Part shown: positions 29,707 to 45,881 of the stretch, in pieces
How positions within the stretch are numbered: the stretch's first letter is position 1
How the letters are laid out: every line of letters begins with the position of its first letter
DNA from: the human T2T-CHM13v2.0 reference genome, Homo sapiens
Strand: one strand, 5' to 3'
Length of the DNA: 64,000 bases
Assembly (NCBI RefSeq): GCF_009914755.1
Contig: NC_060930.1
Position numbers and translations under genes: made by a program
Notes under the pieces: generated by a model
Told to the model about the DNA's origin: nothing
Seen by the model: the letters and a program-made list of their open reading frames with translations, nothing else
Database searches by the model: none

Positions 29707-29981
29707 TTTTTTTTTTTTTTTTGAGACGAAGTCTTGCTCTTGTTTCCCAGGCTGGAGTGTAATGGCGCGATTCCGGGTTCCAGCGATTCTCCTGCCTCAG
29801 CCTCCCAAGTAGCTGGGATTACAGGCGCCTGCCAACACGCTTGGCTAATTTTTGTATTTTTAGTAGAGACGGGGTTTTACCATATTGGCGAGGCTGGTCT
29901 TGAACTCCTGACTTCAGGTGATCCACCCACCTCAGCCTCCCAAAGTGCTGGGATTACAGGTGTGAGCCACTGTGCCTGGCT
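29707..29981 (-). mobile_element. Alu (AluSq/Sx-like) with deletion
   Basis: TSD GTTTTATAATCCTT. Confidence 0.93.
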
Positions 29982-30136
29982 GTTTTATAATCCTTCATAA
30001 GAAAGGACAAAATAAGGTTGAAAAAGAGTTAACATCCATTATGCTATTGTGTTTACTTTTGAAAGGCAGCAAACATAAAGCTAGGAGCTTGCCCTTCAAC
30101 AAACAGCTTTAGTTGGGTCTGGTAGAGTCACCCTAA

Positions 30137-30621
<485 letters not shown>

Positions 30622-31239
30622 GTCAGTGTACTTTAAGTATATTTTCATTATGCAATTAATTACAATATGGGAAGTCAGTTAACTAGGTTATTACTTTGTG
30701 AAGTAAAGTTAAACATCTGGTCATAGAATGACTTAAAAATGACAAATAAGGAAAAAAATACATATATATATATATAACATGAGGTAAAGTTAAACCCAGA
30801 TAGAGGGTATCATTGCTTTCATGCGTGGACTTTGAAATTGCTTTTTATTCCTGAGACCTTTTCTAGTTCTCTAACATGTTCCCCAATAAACGAGGTTAGA
30901 GGATAACAATTCTAGAAAAGAAGGCAGCATCTCGTAAGTCATTCCACATTGCATACAGTAAGTGTGATTTCTAGCCATGCATCCTTTTAAAAAAATTCAT
31001 CTTGCAATAAAAGAATTTGGAGAGCCTTTGGAATCTTGTATAAAGGAATTTTGCTGGCATAAAACATGCATTATGTATCACACTTGTATTTTAAAGCCCA
31101 CTTGATGAAAGAGCAGCAGGTTGACAGTGGTTGACTCAACAACCTGCAATTTCTGATGTATAACTATGAGCAGTGGGATTATTCTTTGTAACTTGGTTAT
31201 ATGAAGTTTGAAGTTTTTCCTTTCAGTGCAGTGTTTCCT

Positions 31240-31305
31240 TTTTCTTGTTTGTTTGTTTCCTGAGTCTCACTCTGTCTCCCAGGCTGGAGTGCAGTAGCGC
31301 CATCT
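31240..31305 (-). mobile_element. short 5'-truncated Alu 3' end
   Basis: (TTTG)n followed by GAGTCTCACTCTGTCTCCCAGGCTGGAGTGCAGT. Confidence 0.8.
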
Positions 31306-31452
31306 ACAAGCCAATTGCTTGACTCTCCTTTGGGTGAGTGGCTAAGTAAGTTAACAAGTACAAACAACAGAAATGCTTTCTTTGAAAATGTGAGACTTCA
31401 ATAATAGAATGTGAGTTAGAATAGCAATCTAATTTTATAATTGGAAGAATTC

Positions 31453-31746
31453 TTTTTTTTTTTTTTTGAGATGAAGTCTCACTTTGTCACCCGAGTTGGA
31501 GTGCAGTGGTGTGATCTCGGCTCACTGCAACCTCTGCTTCCCGGATTCAAATGATTCTCTGCCTCAGCCGCCCGAGTAGCTGGGATTACAGGTGCCCACC
31601 ACCACACCCGGCTAATTTTTGTATTTTTACTAGAGACGGGGTTTCACCATGTTGACCGGGCTGTTCTTGAACTCCTGACCTCATGATCCACCCGCCTTGG
31701 CCTCCCAAAGTGCTGGGATTACAGGCATGAGGTACAGTGCCCGGCT
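31453..31746 (-). mobile_element. Alu (AluSg-like)
   Basis: Full antisense Alu; private 5' variant TGAGGTACAGTGCCC. Confidence 0.94.
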
Positions 31747-31775
31747 CATTGCAGTGTTTCGAATGAAATTTTGCT

Positions 31776-32139
<364 letters not shown>

Positions 32140-32152
32140 TCAGAAAAATAAT

Positions 32153-32363
32153 AAATACAAAATTAGCTGGCTGTGGTGGCAGGCGCCTGTAATCCCAGCT
32201 ACTCCGGAGGCTGAGGCAGGATAATCTTGAACCTGAGGCTTGAACCTGGGAGGCGGAGGTTGCGGTCAGCCCAGATGGCGTCATTGAACTCCAGCCTGGG
32301 CAACAAGAGTGAAACTCTCATCTCAAAAAAAAGAAAACACAAACAAACAAACAAACAAAAAAA
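32153..32363 (+). mobile_element. Alu right arm (AluSp/Sq-like)
   Basis: AAATACAAAATTAGC..GGCAACAAGAG..tail. Confidence 0.88.
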
Positions 32364-32439
32364 CCCCTCTTGATCCTTTCTTTCCTTGTTCTCTAATCAT
32401 AGGTTCTTTTTCCTAAAAGTGCTTTTGCAATCGGGTGAA

Positions 32440-32845
32440 ATGTGTGACCCCTTCTTAAAATATTTCCAAATACTTTTTTAAGTAAAATACCCAGGATTAC
32501 AGAGGGGACCCATGACATTGAAATATAGCCATCAAAATGATAAAGAACAAATTTGTGATATGGTAATATGTTTCTTTGTCCTTTGTTGAATAACAAGTCC
32601 TCATAGTGGGTCTAATTATTGTAATTTTAAAATAATGATGTTATTTCAAGATAATCTGCAACCACTGTAAATCAGTATAAGAGTATTTGCAATTTTTTGT
32701 GTTGATACCAAACTCACACAGAATTACATTTTTGGTGTGTGGCGTATATTCAAAATATAAGGGAATGTTACATTTCAGCAAGAGATTGGTGAAAGTGAAT
32801 ATGGGACTGTTTCCCTATTCAAGTTCACAGACTTCAGAACCTCTG
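32440..32845. mobile_element. Charlie1-like hAT DNA transposon fragment
   Basis: ACAAATTTGTGATATGGTAATATG..ATCTGCAACCACTGTAA..CAAGTTCACAGAC resembles Charlie1a as I recall the consensus. Confidence 0.55.
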
Positions 32846-33069
32846 AGAATCTCTTTTCCTTCTTCCTGCAGTTGCTGCCTTTGTCTGGAGCTATCCCACT
32901 GTTGTCAGGGGAGTCTTACCTTGGCCTTAGCTTCGGTGTCATTTCCTCGAGGAGACATGTCTAGGTTAGGAGCCCATGTTAAACATGCCCATAGCTGCAC
33001 CCTCTACTCATTTCAGCACTTTGAATCATGGACATTTATGAAAAGCATTGTATAATACCCACTTCCCCA

Positions 33070-33190
33070 TTTGTGAGCTCTGTGAGCTTTCGGGGTGTGG
33101 TGACTGTTTCTGCCCCATTTACCGTTGATCTGCCAGTACCTAGCACAGTGTCACAGGCAGCCTTTGAATACTTGTATCTTGGATGACACA
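33070..33190 (+). mobile_element. L2 3' fragment
   Basis: TGTGAGCT..CCAGTACCTAGCACAGTG. Confidence 0.55.
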
Positions 33191-33301
33191 AATAGCAGTT
33201 GAGGCAGATGGAACAAAGCTTGTGAGAAAAGCTCAGGAGGTGTGACAGTCCCAAAGAGTGACCACCACGGCAAAGGGGAAGGCACATTGGTGGTATGGTG
33301 G

Positions 33302-33708
33302 CATATTAGGCCATTCTTGGATTGCTCTAAGGAATACCTCAGATTGGGTAATTTATAAAGAAAAGAGGTTTAATTGGCTCTTAGTTTGCAGGCTGTACAC
33401 AAAACATGGCTGCTTAGCTTCTGGGGAAGCCTCTGGGAGTTTTTGCTCATGGCAGAAGGTGGGAGGGGTGGGAGCAGGCACCTCACATGGTCAGGAGGTG
33501 GGGGTTGGGGGAGAAAAGGGGAGATGCCACACAATTTTTAAACACCCAGATATCACAAGAACTCTCATTCACGATTGCTAGGACAGCACCAAGCCATGAG
33601 GGATCCACCCCTATGACCCAGACACTTCCTGCCAGGCCCTGTCCCCCAACACTGGACATTACATTTCAACATGAAATTTGAGTGGGGACAAATATCTGAA
33701 CTATATCA
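33302..33708 (-). mobile_element. MST-family (MaLR) solo LTR
   Basis: TATTAGGCCATTCTTG..GGGTAATTTATAAAGAAAAGAGGTTTAATTGGCTC..GGGACAAATATCTGAACTATATCA. Confidence 0.9.
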
Positions 33709-34289
33709 AGCGAGTGCCCAACGTTATTACTTGTTTGTCTGAATCTTTGCAGTGGAATATAAGATCCACAAGGGTGGGATTTTATATGTTAGCTGTTTAT
33801 AGTTTATATGAAGATAGTCTGATTGTTTCTCAGTGGCTCACACATAGTAAGTGGCCAGTATGTTTCACATGTATTATATCAGTGTGTACTTTATTCAGGC
33901 CTCAGCTTGATCCTTTGCAAAAATGAGGGAGTTCCCTCCTAAGACCCCTTTGAGCTTCTATTGAAGTCTTTTTCTTCTCTCTACAGTTAAAGGAGATCTT
34001 ATTGTAGGGCATAACTAGGCCCTGTGGGGTTACAATGGTGAATCTTACTTGGATTTTGCCTCCTGGCGAGGTGAAGAAGGGTCTACCCTTAAAGCAGCTA
34101 GTAAGCTCTGGTACCCAAGCCGGAGATGAGTCAGCTTCTCTCGTTAGTGAGCAGTGGATAGTGGAGCTCAGACTGAGGGACTGGGGGCAAGGAGCAGGGG
34201 TGGTTGTCCAAGCCACGGAGGGAGGAGAAGTGTCACCACTGGGGACAGCACAGACAAATGAATGATCTTGATTGGGGTTGGTGAAACCC

Positions 34290-34420
34290 CGTTAACAGTT
34301 AATCCAACGAGGTGGCACTTGAGCTGGGGCTTGAAGAAGTGAATATGATTTCCTCCAGCAGAAGGGTAAGTCCAAGGGAAGCATCGAGGGACACAAGAAT
34401 AATGAAGAGTCAGCACCATA
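34290..34420 (-). mobile_element. L2 fragment
   Basis: GAGGTGGCACTTGAGCTGGGGCTTGAAG. Confidence 0.45.
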
Positions 34421-34604
34421 AGGCAGGGCGAGAGCAAAATAAATAAATAAAAAAGAATAATGAAAAATAGTTAAGAATGGTGCATGCAGAACACTGTCAG
34501 CAGTAGTCTGGTGTCCTTCTTTTGTGGGTAACTGTCTAAAAAGAAAATCTTTTATTTTGTTACATAAAGCCAATTCTTCTATTTTTTAAATCGTTTGTTA
34601 CTAT

Positions 34605-34729
34605 TATATTAAAATAGAGACAGGTCTTGCTGTGTTGCCCAGGCTGGTCTCAAACTCCTGGGCTCAAGCAATCCTCCCGCTTCGGCCTCTTAAAGTGCTG
34701 GGATTACAGGCATGAGCCACTGCCCAGCC
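34605..34729 (-). mobile_element. FLAM / AluJ left arm
   Basis: GGGCTCAAGCAATCCTCCCGC. Confidence 0.88.
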
Positions 34730-34773
34730 CCTTCTTACTCTTTAAATTGTAAAAAAAAAAAACCATGTTTTAA

Positions 34774-35064
<291 letters not shown>

Positions 35065-35194
35065 CATGATATAATTGGGACAAGAAGCACTGTGTATTGC
35101 ACTTGGCAAAATTGTGGAATGTACAAGTCACTAAACCACTTGTCTTCATGGAAAGAAGGAGGGAGAAGATTTTAAATTTTTCTCAGACAAATTA

Positions 35195-35730
35195 GTGAGC
35201 TTCTATTGCTGTATAATTGACAGTCAAATGCACCCATTTCAAGCATACAGTTTTGTTAATTATACATACCTATGTAATCACCACCCAATTGAAATAGAGA
35301 ATATTTTCATTACTCCAAATGTGTTTCCTCATCCCCTCCCAGCCACTGTTTTGATATCTGTCACTATAGCTTGTCCATTATTTTCAGCATAATGGTCTCA
35401 GATTATTCATGTTGTTGTATTTATCAGTTCATTTCATTTCATTGCCAAATAATACTTCATCGTATGGACATACCACAATTTATTGATGTGCTGGCTGATA
35501 AACTTTAGATTGTTTCCCATTTTTGGCTGTTATTGCTGTGAACATTAGTGTTCAAGACTCTTTGTAGTCATGTTTTCCTTTCTTGTGGGTAAATACTTAG
35601 GTGTGTAATTGCTGGGCCATAAAGTAGTCTTTGTTGAGGATTATAAGAAACTGCCACACTTCTCCAATGTCCTTGAACCATTTTGCAAGTGTTCCAGTTG
35701 TTCCACATCCTTGACAGCTTGGTATTGTCA
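35195..35730 (-). mobile_element. L1M (L1ME/MD-like) 3' fragment
   Basis: GCACCCATTTCAAG..ATAGAGAATATTTTCATTACTCC..ATGGACATACCACAATTT..GAAACTGCCA. Confidence 0.75.
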
Positions 35731-35811
35731 GCCTGACTGCTTTCTGTACACAGTTTGTAGGGTTAGTATTTGGCCAGAATCAATCTCATGTGATGAAGGG
35801 TTGCTGAATAG

Positions 35812-36118
<307 letters not shown>

Positions 36119-36157
36119 TAGTTTTTGGATGTTTAAAAATATTTTGAAAATTCACGA

Positions 36158-36446
36158 GGCCAGGTGCTGTGTGTAAGCCCAGCCCTTTGGGAGGCTGAGG
36201 CAGTGCGAGATCATTTGAACTCAGGAGTTTGAGACCAGCCTGGACAACATAGCAAAACTGTGTCTCCACCAAAAATTAAAAAAAATTAATCAGCCGTGGC
36301 GGTGCATGCTTGTAGTCTCAGTTACTCAGGACGTTGCGGTGGGAGATTGCTTGAGCCCAGGAGTTCAAGGCTGTTGTGAGCCGTGATTGCACCATTTCAT
36401 TCCAGCCTGGGTAATAGAGCGAGACCCTGTCTCAAAAAAATAAAAA
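36158..36446 (+). mobile_element. AluJ (AluJo-like)
   Basis: GCTTGAGCCCAGGAGTTCAAGGCTG; TSD AAAATTCAC. Confidence 0.9.
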
Positions 36447-37228
36447 TTCACATGAGAAGAAGTGTATAGTTAATGAAAACCATCTTGGTGAATGTGTTTA
36501 TCATCTCCTCTTAGTTTAAAAATGCTCCTTTACTCATCTTCCTGAAGTTATGGACCTAACAAAAAAATCCCTCACTTTTCACACATGGTATAGCTTGCTA
36601 TTACAGTGAAGTGAAGTTGTTAGGGGCACAATCTGTTTTCCCCTCCTGTTCTCAGTGACCTAACTAATCTGGTTTCTCAGCCTGCGTCAGGCTTGAAGGA
36701 GCGCTTAAATGAAGAAGGGGAGTTTCTTGGATGAGAGGAGGAGCCTTGGCCCTGCAGTGAAGGGATGCTGCAGGGATCCTGCTAGGCCAGAATCGCTGCA
36801 TTCAGGAGCAGTGTGTGGGATGCGCAGCCAGACCCTTCCAGCCCAGTAGTGGTGGGACACCGTCTCTTGCACGGTGCCTACATGCATATTCTAAAATGTT
36901 GTTTTCTCTAGAAGTAACACAGAAACCACAGAAATGGAGAAAAGAAGTTAATCCCTTGTTCCACTACCCCACACAAATGTTGTAAATATTTTGCTGTAAT
37001 TTTTTTATAGTTGTTCTTTCCTTCCATTCAAATATTTTTGTACTCCTACTGTATATACAATTTTTGTTTTTCTATTTTTTTACTGGACAGTGTCATAGCA
37101 TTTTCTTATGTTATTACATATGTTCCATAATAACAAATTTTTTGAAACCTCTCTCATTGCCATCTTTTCTGAAACAAATGCCCTTCGATTTAGGTTTCAT
37201 AATGGATGTTGTAGGTCTGTGTGATTAG

Positions 37229-37519
<291 letters not shown>

Positions 37520-37569
37520 GAAGCTTTTTATTTGATTTCTGTGTCCTTTTTTTCCATAATAGCAATTTT

Positions 37570-37760
37570 AACAGGTATGTAATTTTCTATACAGTGAATG
37601 TACAACTGCAGTTTTCTTTAACTATTACACAATGTTTAAAGATTTGTGTTTTCTTAGGATGGATTATCAAATATGGAATCTCTGGGTCAATGGAAATAGA
37701 CATCTTAAAGTCTTCTGTTGTATTTTGACAAATGATTTGCCAGAAATGTAACACTCCTGA
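37570..37760 (-). mobile_element. L1M fragment
   Basis: TTTTCTTAGGATGGATT..GGAATCTCTGGGTCAATGG. Confidence 0.5.
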
Positions 37761-37861
37761 GTCCCGGTGAGGCTCAGAGAGCACCCCAGGGCCCACTGTA
37801 ACATTTAAATATTAAAAATGGAACCAGAGCTAATTTTAGTTTAAGAAAGTTTAAGTTGTAA

Positions 37862-38170
<309 letters not shown>

Positions 38171-38254
38171 TAAGTTGTAATATTTTTTTAGTTTGAACTA
38201 AAGGCAGGACACCTTTAGAAAGACTTATGTGTAAATGCAACTATAAAAAGTTTT

Positions 38255-38463
38255 ACAGGGCACCAGTGCCTGCTTGGGAAGTTGATCTTTGTCTGTCTCT
38301 TCTCTGTGTGAGTAAAGCATTGTTTGATCCAGTGCTTGACTTTGCCATGTTCCTGTGTGACGCTTATGCCAAGTTGCAGTAGTCAGGACCTCTACTTCCA
38401 ATAATAGGCAGCACCTGCCACTTACAGTATGGTCAGTGAACTGAGGGATTTGCACAGGCCCTT
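38255..38463 (+). repeat. 209-bp dispersed duplication, copy 1
   Basis: Ungapped match to 39113-39321, about 20 mismatches (~90% identity). Confidence 0.93.
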
Positions 38464-38630
38464 ATTAGCCTGGCGTGGTGGTGGGCACCTGTAATCCCAG
38501 CTATTGGGGAGGCTGTGGCAGGAGAATAGCTTGAATCCAGGAAGTGGAGCTTGCGGTGAGCTGAGATGGTGCCACTGCCCTCCAGCCTGGGTGATAGAGC
38601 AAGATTCCATCTCAACAAAAACCCAAAAAA
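38464..38630 (+). mobile_element. 5'-truncated Alu right arm
   Basis: ATTAGCCTGGCGTGGTGG..tail, fused directly to duplication copy 1. Confidence 0.88.
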
Positions 38631-39112
38631 CCTGCTAGCTCTTTGAAGGGACAGATGAAGGAATTAGTGGGCAGAATTTTTGAACGGATGTTGTAAATGT
38701 TTGTGATAAGGCCTTGTTAAATGTATTTCTATTTATTTAGTAAACACTGAGTTCTTAGAATTTTTCAGAAGGTTGTTCCTAGCCAGGGAGACAGGTATAC
38801 AAACTGATCATTGGTATTAGGCAGTGTCATACAGGCAGACTTGACCTCTCTTGACCTCCTAAGAATGGTCCTTGAGACTGGATGCTTCCTTACCAGAAGA
38901 TGAAGAGTCCTCACAGCCTGTGCCGGATTTCTCACTTTCTGTGGGAATGTGTCTCCCTGTTTCAGAATCAATTTGTGCTCTTTTGTTGTTCTGCTTAAGT
39001 GGGTATGTCATAGCATCTGGCCAACTCCTCTGCTATATTTGTCCTCTGAACACAAAAGGGTTGCATGCAGGCCAGTGGCCTGGCATTGGCTGCCAGGAGG
39101 GACCTGCTGGTC

Positions 39113-39321
39113 ACAGGGCACCAATGCCTGCTCCGGAAGTTGATCTTTCTCTATCTCTTTTCTGTGTGAGTAAAGCATTGTTTGATCCAGTGTTTGACAT
39201 TGCCATTTTCCTTTGTGACTCCTATGCCAAGTTGCAGTAGTCAGGACTTCTACTTCCAATAATAGGCAACAGCTGCCCCTTATAGTATGGTCAGTGAAGT
39301 GAGGGACTTGCACAGACCCTT
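39113..39321 (+). repeat. 209-bp dispersed duplication, copy 2 (possibly an ERVL-type LTR 3' end)
   Basis: Match to 38255-38463; AGTAAA..ATAATAGGCAACAG is reminiscent of an old LTR end (family uncertain). Confidence 0.9.
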
Positions 39322-39359
39322 TTGAAAGCTTCCAGGAAAAGGAAGGCCAACCACTTTAG

Positions 39360-39681
<322 letters not shown>

Positions 39682-40291
39682 AGTGCCTTTTAAAGGATGA
39701 GAAGAAATTAGGTAACAGGTCACAAGGTTAGAGAAGCAGAGTGAAAACCTGCTTACCCTAGCAAGTGAGGAGGAGTGAAAGTGCAGGGCCCAGTGCAGTG
39801 TTGTGTGTGCGTGTGCATCACATACAGATTTGCTGGAGTGGGGAGGTTGATGCAGGACATGGAAGGGAGATGAGGCTGGAGAGGTAGAACTTGCTCTGTC
39901 GGGAGTCAAGAACCAATGAATTGTAGAACCAATACATTGTACACTTAAAGCTGGGGTGGCGCGTATCCCTGATGTCGTGTGACTTTAGTGTGAGGGCCTC
40001 AACCCAAGTTTTGCATATAGTGAGTGATACAAGGGAAGGACTTTGTCTCCTGGAAGATATCTGGGAACTTGGGACAGAGCAGGCATCCTGGAGCAGAAGC
40101 TGTTTTAGGAAGAGAGTGTAATGAATTGAGATAACTTTTTCTTTTTTGGTGGATTAATAATTTCTTGAAAAAGGAAACCTATAAATCCAAATTCAAGAAT
40201 TTAGATAACCTGAGAGCGATTAGAAACTGCCTAGCAAGGTCTTTGCCTGGTATAGAACCATCTTATTACTTCATGCAGACCATTTGTGTGA

Positions 40292-40614
<323 letters not shown>

Positions 40615-40856
40615 TGTCATTTCTAATAGTAATTAGAAGTTAATTTATATAGGTAATAAGATTTGTGGAGTAAAGCATTTTAGGGCCATTTCAACGGAAA
40701 ACAGTGGTTCAGCATTGGCATAGGTGCTCTGTGATGTAATGGAAAGAATACTGCATTTATTGTTGGAAGTCTTGATTGGAAGGAGATTGCTGTATGATGA
40801 AGACCGGTTTCAGAAATACATGTTTCAATACTGAATAGGCCCTTTGCCACTTAGGG

Positions 40857-41158
40857 TTATTTATTTATTTATTTATTTTTGAGACGGAGTCTCGCTCTGT
40901 CACCTAAGCTGCAGTAGAGTGGCACAACCTCGGTTTACTGCAACCTCTGCCTCCTGAGTTCAAGTGATTCTTCTGCCTCAGCCTTCTAAGTAGCTGGGAC
41001 TACAGGTGTGCGCCACCATGCACAGCTAAGTTTTGTATTTTAGTAGAGATGGGGCATCACCATATTGGCCAGGCTGGTCTCGAACTCCTGACCTCATGAT
41101 CCACCCTCCTTGGCCTCCCAATGTGCGGGGATTACAGGCCTGAGCCACTGTGCCTGGC
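40857..41158 (-). mobile_element. Alu (AluSg-like)
   Basis: (TTTA)n tail plus antisense Alu. Confidence 0.94.
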
Positions 41159-41639
41159 AGGGTTTTATACTTAAAAACCATTTTATACCTCACGCAGAGA
41201 AAGACCAAGGACTACACCTGTCCAGCCATTTCGTAAGGCTAGACTCTCGTGCACAAAAGTATTTCGGTAATTTTTTCAACCTCCTTTATTTTGTGATCTT
41301 GCTTCTTCTCAACCCAGAAAAGATGTTTCCCTTTAAAAATAGTCAAAATCAAACACCAGTGCCTTGGTCAGTAACATTTTTTACTTCTTTGAAGTAAATG
41401 CTATTGTTTTTTTATTCTTGGCATAATTCCTAGCCTAAGTTGCTGCACTTGGGCATTTGTAGCGTGCATTCTAATAGACTCATTTTGGGAGTATTTGAAC
41501 GTTGTGCTAGAGAAGACTGCAGCAGCAAATCAATATAACACGATATTCTCTGCATCTCTCAGAGCTCCTGGTGGCATTTATCTTCCTTCATACTTTTTTA
41601 TTTGTTCTTACTTAGTTTGTGGTTATGTTTTACGAGTGG

Positions 41640-41890
41640 TTTTTTAATGAAAAGTTGCAAAACCTAGTACAAAGATTTTCCCAAATGTTAACCATAGCAT
41701 ATTTGTGTGACAGTATTCTCTCTCCCTTATCCCTCCCCATCATCCTCCCCGCAACACATAGTTTTTATAATTCTGAACCATTTGAGAATATGTTGCAAAT
41801 ATAATATCCCCTTATCACCAAATACTTCAGTGTCTATTTCCTAAAATTAAGGATATTTTGTTCCCAAGCCATAGTTAACAATGAGGACAC
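41640..41890 (-). mobile_element. L1MC-like 3' fragment
   Basis: GAAAAGTTGCAAAA..CTGAACCATTTGAGA..AAATACTTCAGTGTCTATTTCCTAA. Confidence 0.7.
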
Positions 41891-42339
41891 TAATACTGGG
41901 AGGCCTTAAAGCTGCTACCCGTGTCCCTGTAACATGTCCCCATCGTCCTCTGAGCTCTTACTTCCTGACAGACACATTAAGGTGTTGTAGGCTCATCTTG
42001 GGTGTTCCCAGCCCCCTGTCTTGATCACTTTATGGTTTTTGATGCTGTTGTAAAGGTTTTGTTTCTTAAATTTCATTTTCCATTTTGGTTTCCACTGCAG
42101 TATTCATAGCACCTCAGGGCTGGCCCTGTGGCCTTATCTTGGCTTCCTGCTTACATCCTGTGACTGTCTCCATCCTCAGAGTGTCCCCTCCTAGTTTGAG
42201 TAACTGCAGTGAATCTGAGAAGTCCTGCAGTCTTTCCAGTCTGTCCTTGTCATCTAAAACATCTCCATAGGTGTCGTGACAACCAGATGTTTGTAGGTAT
42301 TTCTTTTTAGTTGTCATTCATTGACTGCTTATCTGGTTA

Positions 42340-42633
42340 TTATTATTTTTTAAATTATAATTTTTTTGAGAAGGAGTCTCACTCTGTTGCCCAGGCTGGA
42401 GTGCAGTGGTGTGATCTTGGCTCACTGCAACTACCACCTCCTGGGTTCGAGCAGTTCTCTGCCTCAGCCTCCCGAGTAGCTGGGATTATAGGCGCCGCCA
42501 CCACGCCTGGCTAGTTTTTGTATTTTTTAGTAGAGACGGGGTTTTATCGTCTTGGCCAGGCTGGTCTTGAACTCCTGACCTCATGATCTACCCGCCTCGG
42601 CCTGGGATTACAAGCATGAGCCACCGCCCGGCC
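42340..42633 (-). mobile_element. Alu (AluSg-like)
   Basis: Antisense Alu with a small deletion. Confidence 0.92.
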
Positions 42634-42713
42634 TGGTTGTGTTTTTATAAGTCAGGGTCCTTTCCCAGACCTCCACATACAGCACTCTTTTTTTTTTTTT
42701 TAAACTAAAAGTG

Positions 42714-42840
42714 TTTTTTTGTATGGATGGGATCTCGCTGTGTTACCCAGGCTAGTCTTGAACTCCTGGCCTCAAGCAGTCCTCCTGCCTCAGCCTCCCA
42801 AAGCACTGGGATTTACAGGCATGAGCCACCGTGCTTGGCC
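42714..42840 (-). mobile_element. FLAM / AluJ left arm
   Basis: GGCCTCAAGCAGTCCTCCTGCC. Confidence 0.85.
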
Positions 42841-43516
42841 ACCAACTAGCTTGTTAAGGATGTTTGGCCCCTACTCATTGGGGTTGGTAAGCTCACCTCA
42901 TCCTTTCCTTTACAGGATCTGTGGCAAATCCTAGCCCCCTTTGAATCCTTTTCAGACTTCGTTTCCCACAACACTCCTGTCAGAGTTAGCAGGAGAGTGG
43001 AAACAAGTACTAGATTATTTAGTAGACCCTAGATTTTCTCTACAAATGTAAAATGTTATTTTTACTGTTGAAAATCAGCATATGTGTAGTACAGAAAATT
43101 TAGGAAGTGGAAAAAGAAAAAAAAAAGACTGGGAAACTACAACATTCTTAATGCCCTCTTATATTTATTCAATGAAATCTATGCACAAGTAGATCTAAGA
43201 CAATTGAGTCAGGTTTAAAATGTAGTATGTTTTCCTTTCCTCTTCTTAGGAGCTCTTTAGCAGAAACATAGTAGCCAAGACATTTTAGGGAGCTTACCCA
43301 ACTTTTTCTTGATATGTAGCAATAGAAAATGGTGTAATCAGAATGCAGTCAAAATTGCATTTGAATTGTAGTTTAAGTCATTTCTTTTTATTTGATTAAT
43401 TTGCTTTATTAAGTATCTTCTGGATTCCGCTCTCCTATGCTTGCAAAATAGTAAAAGAGAACAAATTAGAAAGAGAAGAAAATATTTTCGCGAGAAATGA
43501 CTGCTAGTTTTCATTA

Positions 43517-43954
<438 letters not shown>

Positions 43955-45880
43955 TCAGAGGATTAGGATAATTGCCTTTTCCAGTTTCCCTGAGCTGCTG
44001 AAAATAAACTTTCATATTTTTACTCTCCATACTCAGTATAGTTTACATCTTTAAAAGTGAACATTTATACATGTATTACTTACAAAAACACTCCCTTCTC
44101 TCAGTAAAGACCCAAATCAATCCACTAGCAAACTAGAACAAGAGAAGTTAGTGCTGGGTATCCTTAAATGTGTTCTGAGAATGATTTTATTTGCGGGGGT
44201 GGGGGGCGGGTGGAGCAGAGAGGATGCTTTGGTGGTGAAATAATTTTGGGGTGCTTGGGTTCTAAGAGGATCATGGTGTACACGAACACATCTGAAGGAA
44301 AGAAACCTGGCTATCTGTACCCGACATTTGTCAAACTTCACTGACCCGTGAGCCTTAATTTTGAATACAACCCCTTGGACATAGGGTTCTCTGGAGCCTC
44401 CTTTGAGAAGGACCAAAGTCTTGTAAAGAACGTTGAGTGTAGTTTTTGTCCCTGCTGCCACCACCTAATTTGTAAGGATGAGGGCATCAGTAGGTAGCTT
44501 GTAATCTTCATTGGGTTCTCAAATTTTAGGTGTGTGTACAACAGAGGTGTGTTTGGTAGAGGAAGGGATGACTGGGATCATGAGTTAAGGTCTTGCATAC
44601 TGAGGTGGTGGGGCAGTTTCAGAGGGAACCAAAACATTTGTTGAGTCCCAGCTTTTCATCAGGACTCCTGTGCTTTGTGTCAGAAATAGATGCCATCCCT
44701 TTTTCTGTAGGAAGGAATTTATAGTTTGGAGAAGGTAGAGTTGGATTTGGAACCTCAGTTGGCCTGCGTTGAGAACTGCTGGTTTCCTGCTCAGTTAGGC
44801 CAGTTAGGGGGAAATAAGAAGACTGCCAAAACCTGTGGCTTGTGTCTCAGTTCCCTTTCTCCAGCCACTGCACCAGAGTTTGGGCGCCACACAGATGGTT
44901 CTCAGTGGCAGTTCGCAGAGCGGTCCTCATTTGGCCGGAAGCTACTCAGGCAGCCTCTGTTTCCTCACTTCAGCGGGGTGGGCTTGGGTGTGGGTGAAAG
45001 AGATAAGATATTTAGCAGTGAGTCATTTTTTTCTGGTAGTTTGACCTGGTTGCTTTGAGGATGATTGCTTCATCCTTTCTCGTACTTTACCCACTGTCCC
45101 TTAGGAAAATGGGGGTCCTGTCCGGCCAGTGTTGTTGGTATCTCAGGCCCTGTGGATGTGGGATTCTGCATATCTCTTGAACTGCCTGTTTCCTCCCAAC
45201 CTCCAAAAGGTTATAATGTCCCCATTCTTCTATGAGTGACCAACATGGAATGCCATGTATGCTCAAAATATGATTTCTCATTGGCCCAGTGTTTGTAAGA
45301 AGAAACCTCTGATTTAGGGTGTGCTTCTTTATCTCCTGCATTTGGGGTTGGGATAGGCAGAAATCTGTTGGAAAAATTTTCCGCAGTGAAGGTTGGATGG
45401 GTGTTCTGTCCTGTTTTTAATTCTTTGACCACAGGACCTTTTCTCTTGTAAACACTTAAAAACCTCTAAGGCTAATGAGCAAAGCCTGGTGTGATGTATA
45501 TTTTAAGGAAAGGTGTATAACAATACATGTGTACAAGGAGGGAAGCGGAGAAGGGCATGGGAGTAGAAGGGATCATTCCCCTGCAATTGGATAAGTGACA
45601 TTTAAGCTGCATTCCATGTAAGCTTTTGGGCCTGGAAACCTTCCCCTCCCATCTTCCTGAGATACTGTGCTTGTTGTGAGCTCATTCAGAGTAATAAACT
45701 GTACCCGTAATTCATGAGCTTGCAAGGCCTTCTTTAACCGCTTGCAGCCAGGAGACTAATGACAACATTTAAAATTATAGATTGCTCATTTTGGAGTCTA
45801 TCTGTTTCGAGTTATGAATGAAATTTCTTAGCCACTTACTGGACAGTAGAACCTGTTTGCAAAGACCCAGTGTCCTCATG

Positions 45881-45881
<1 letters not shown>

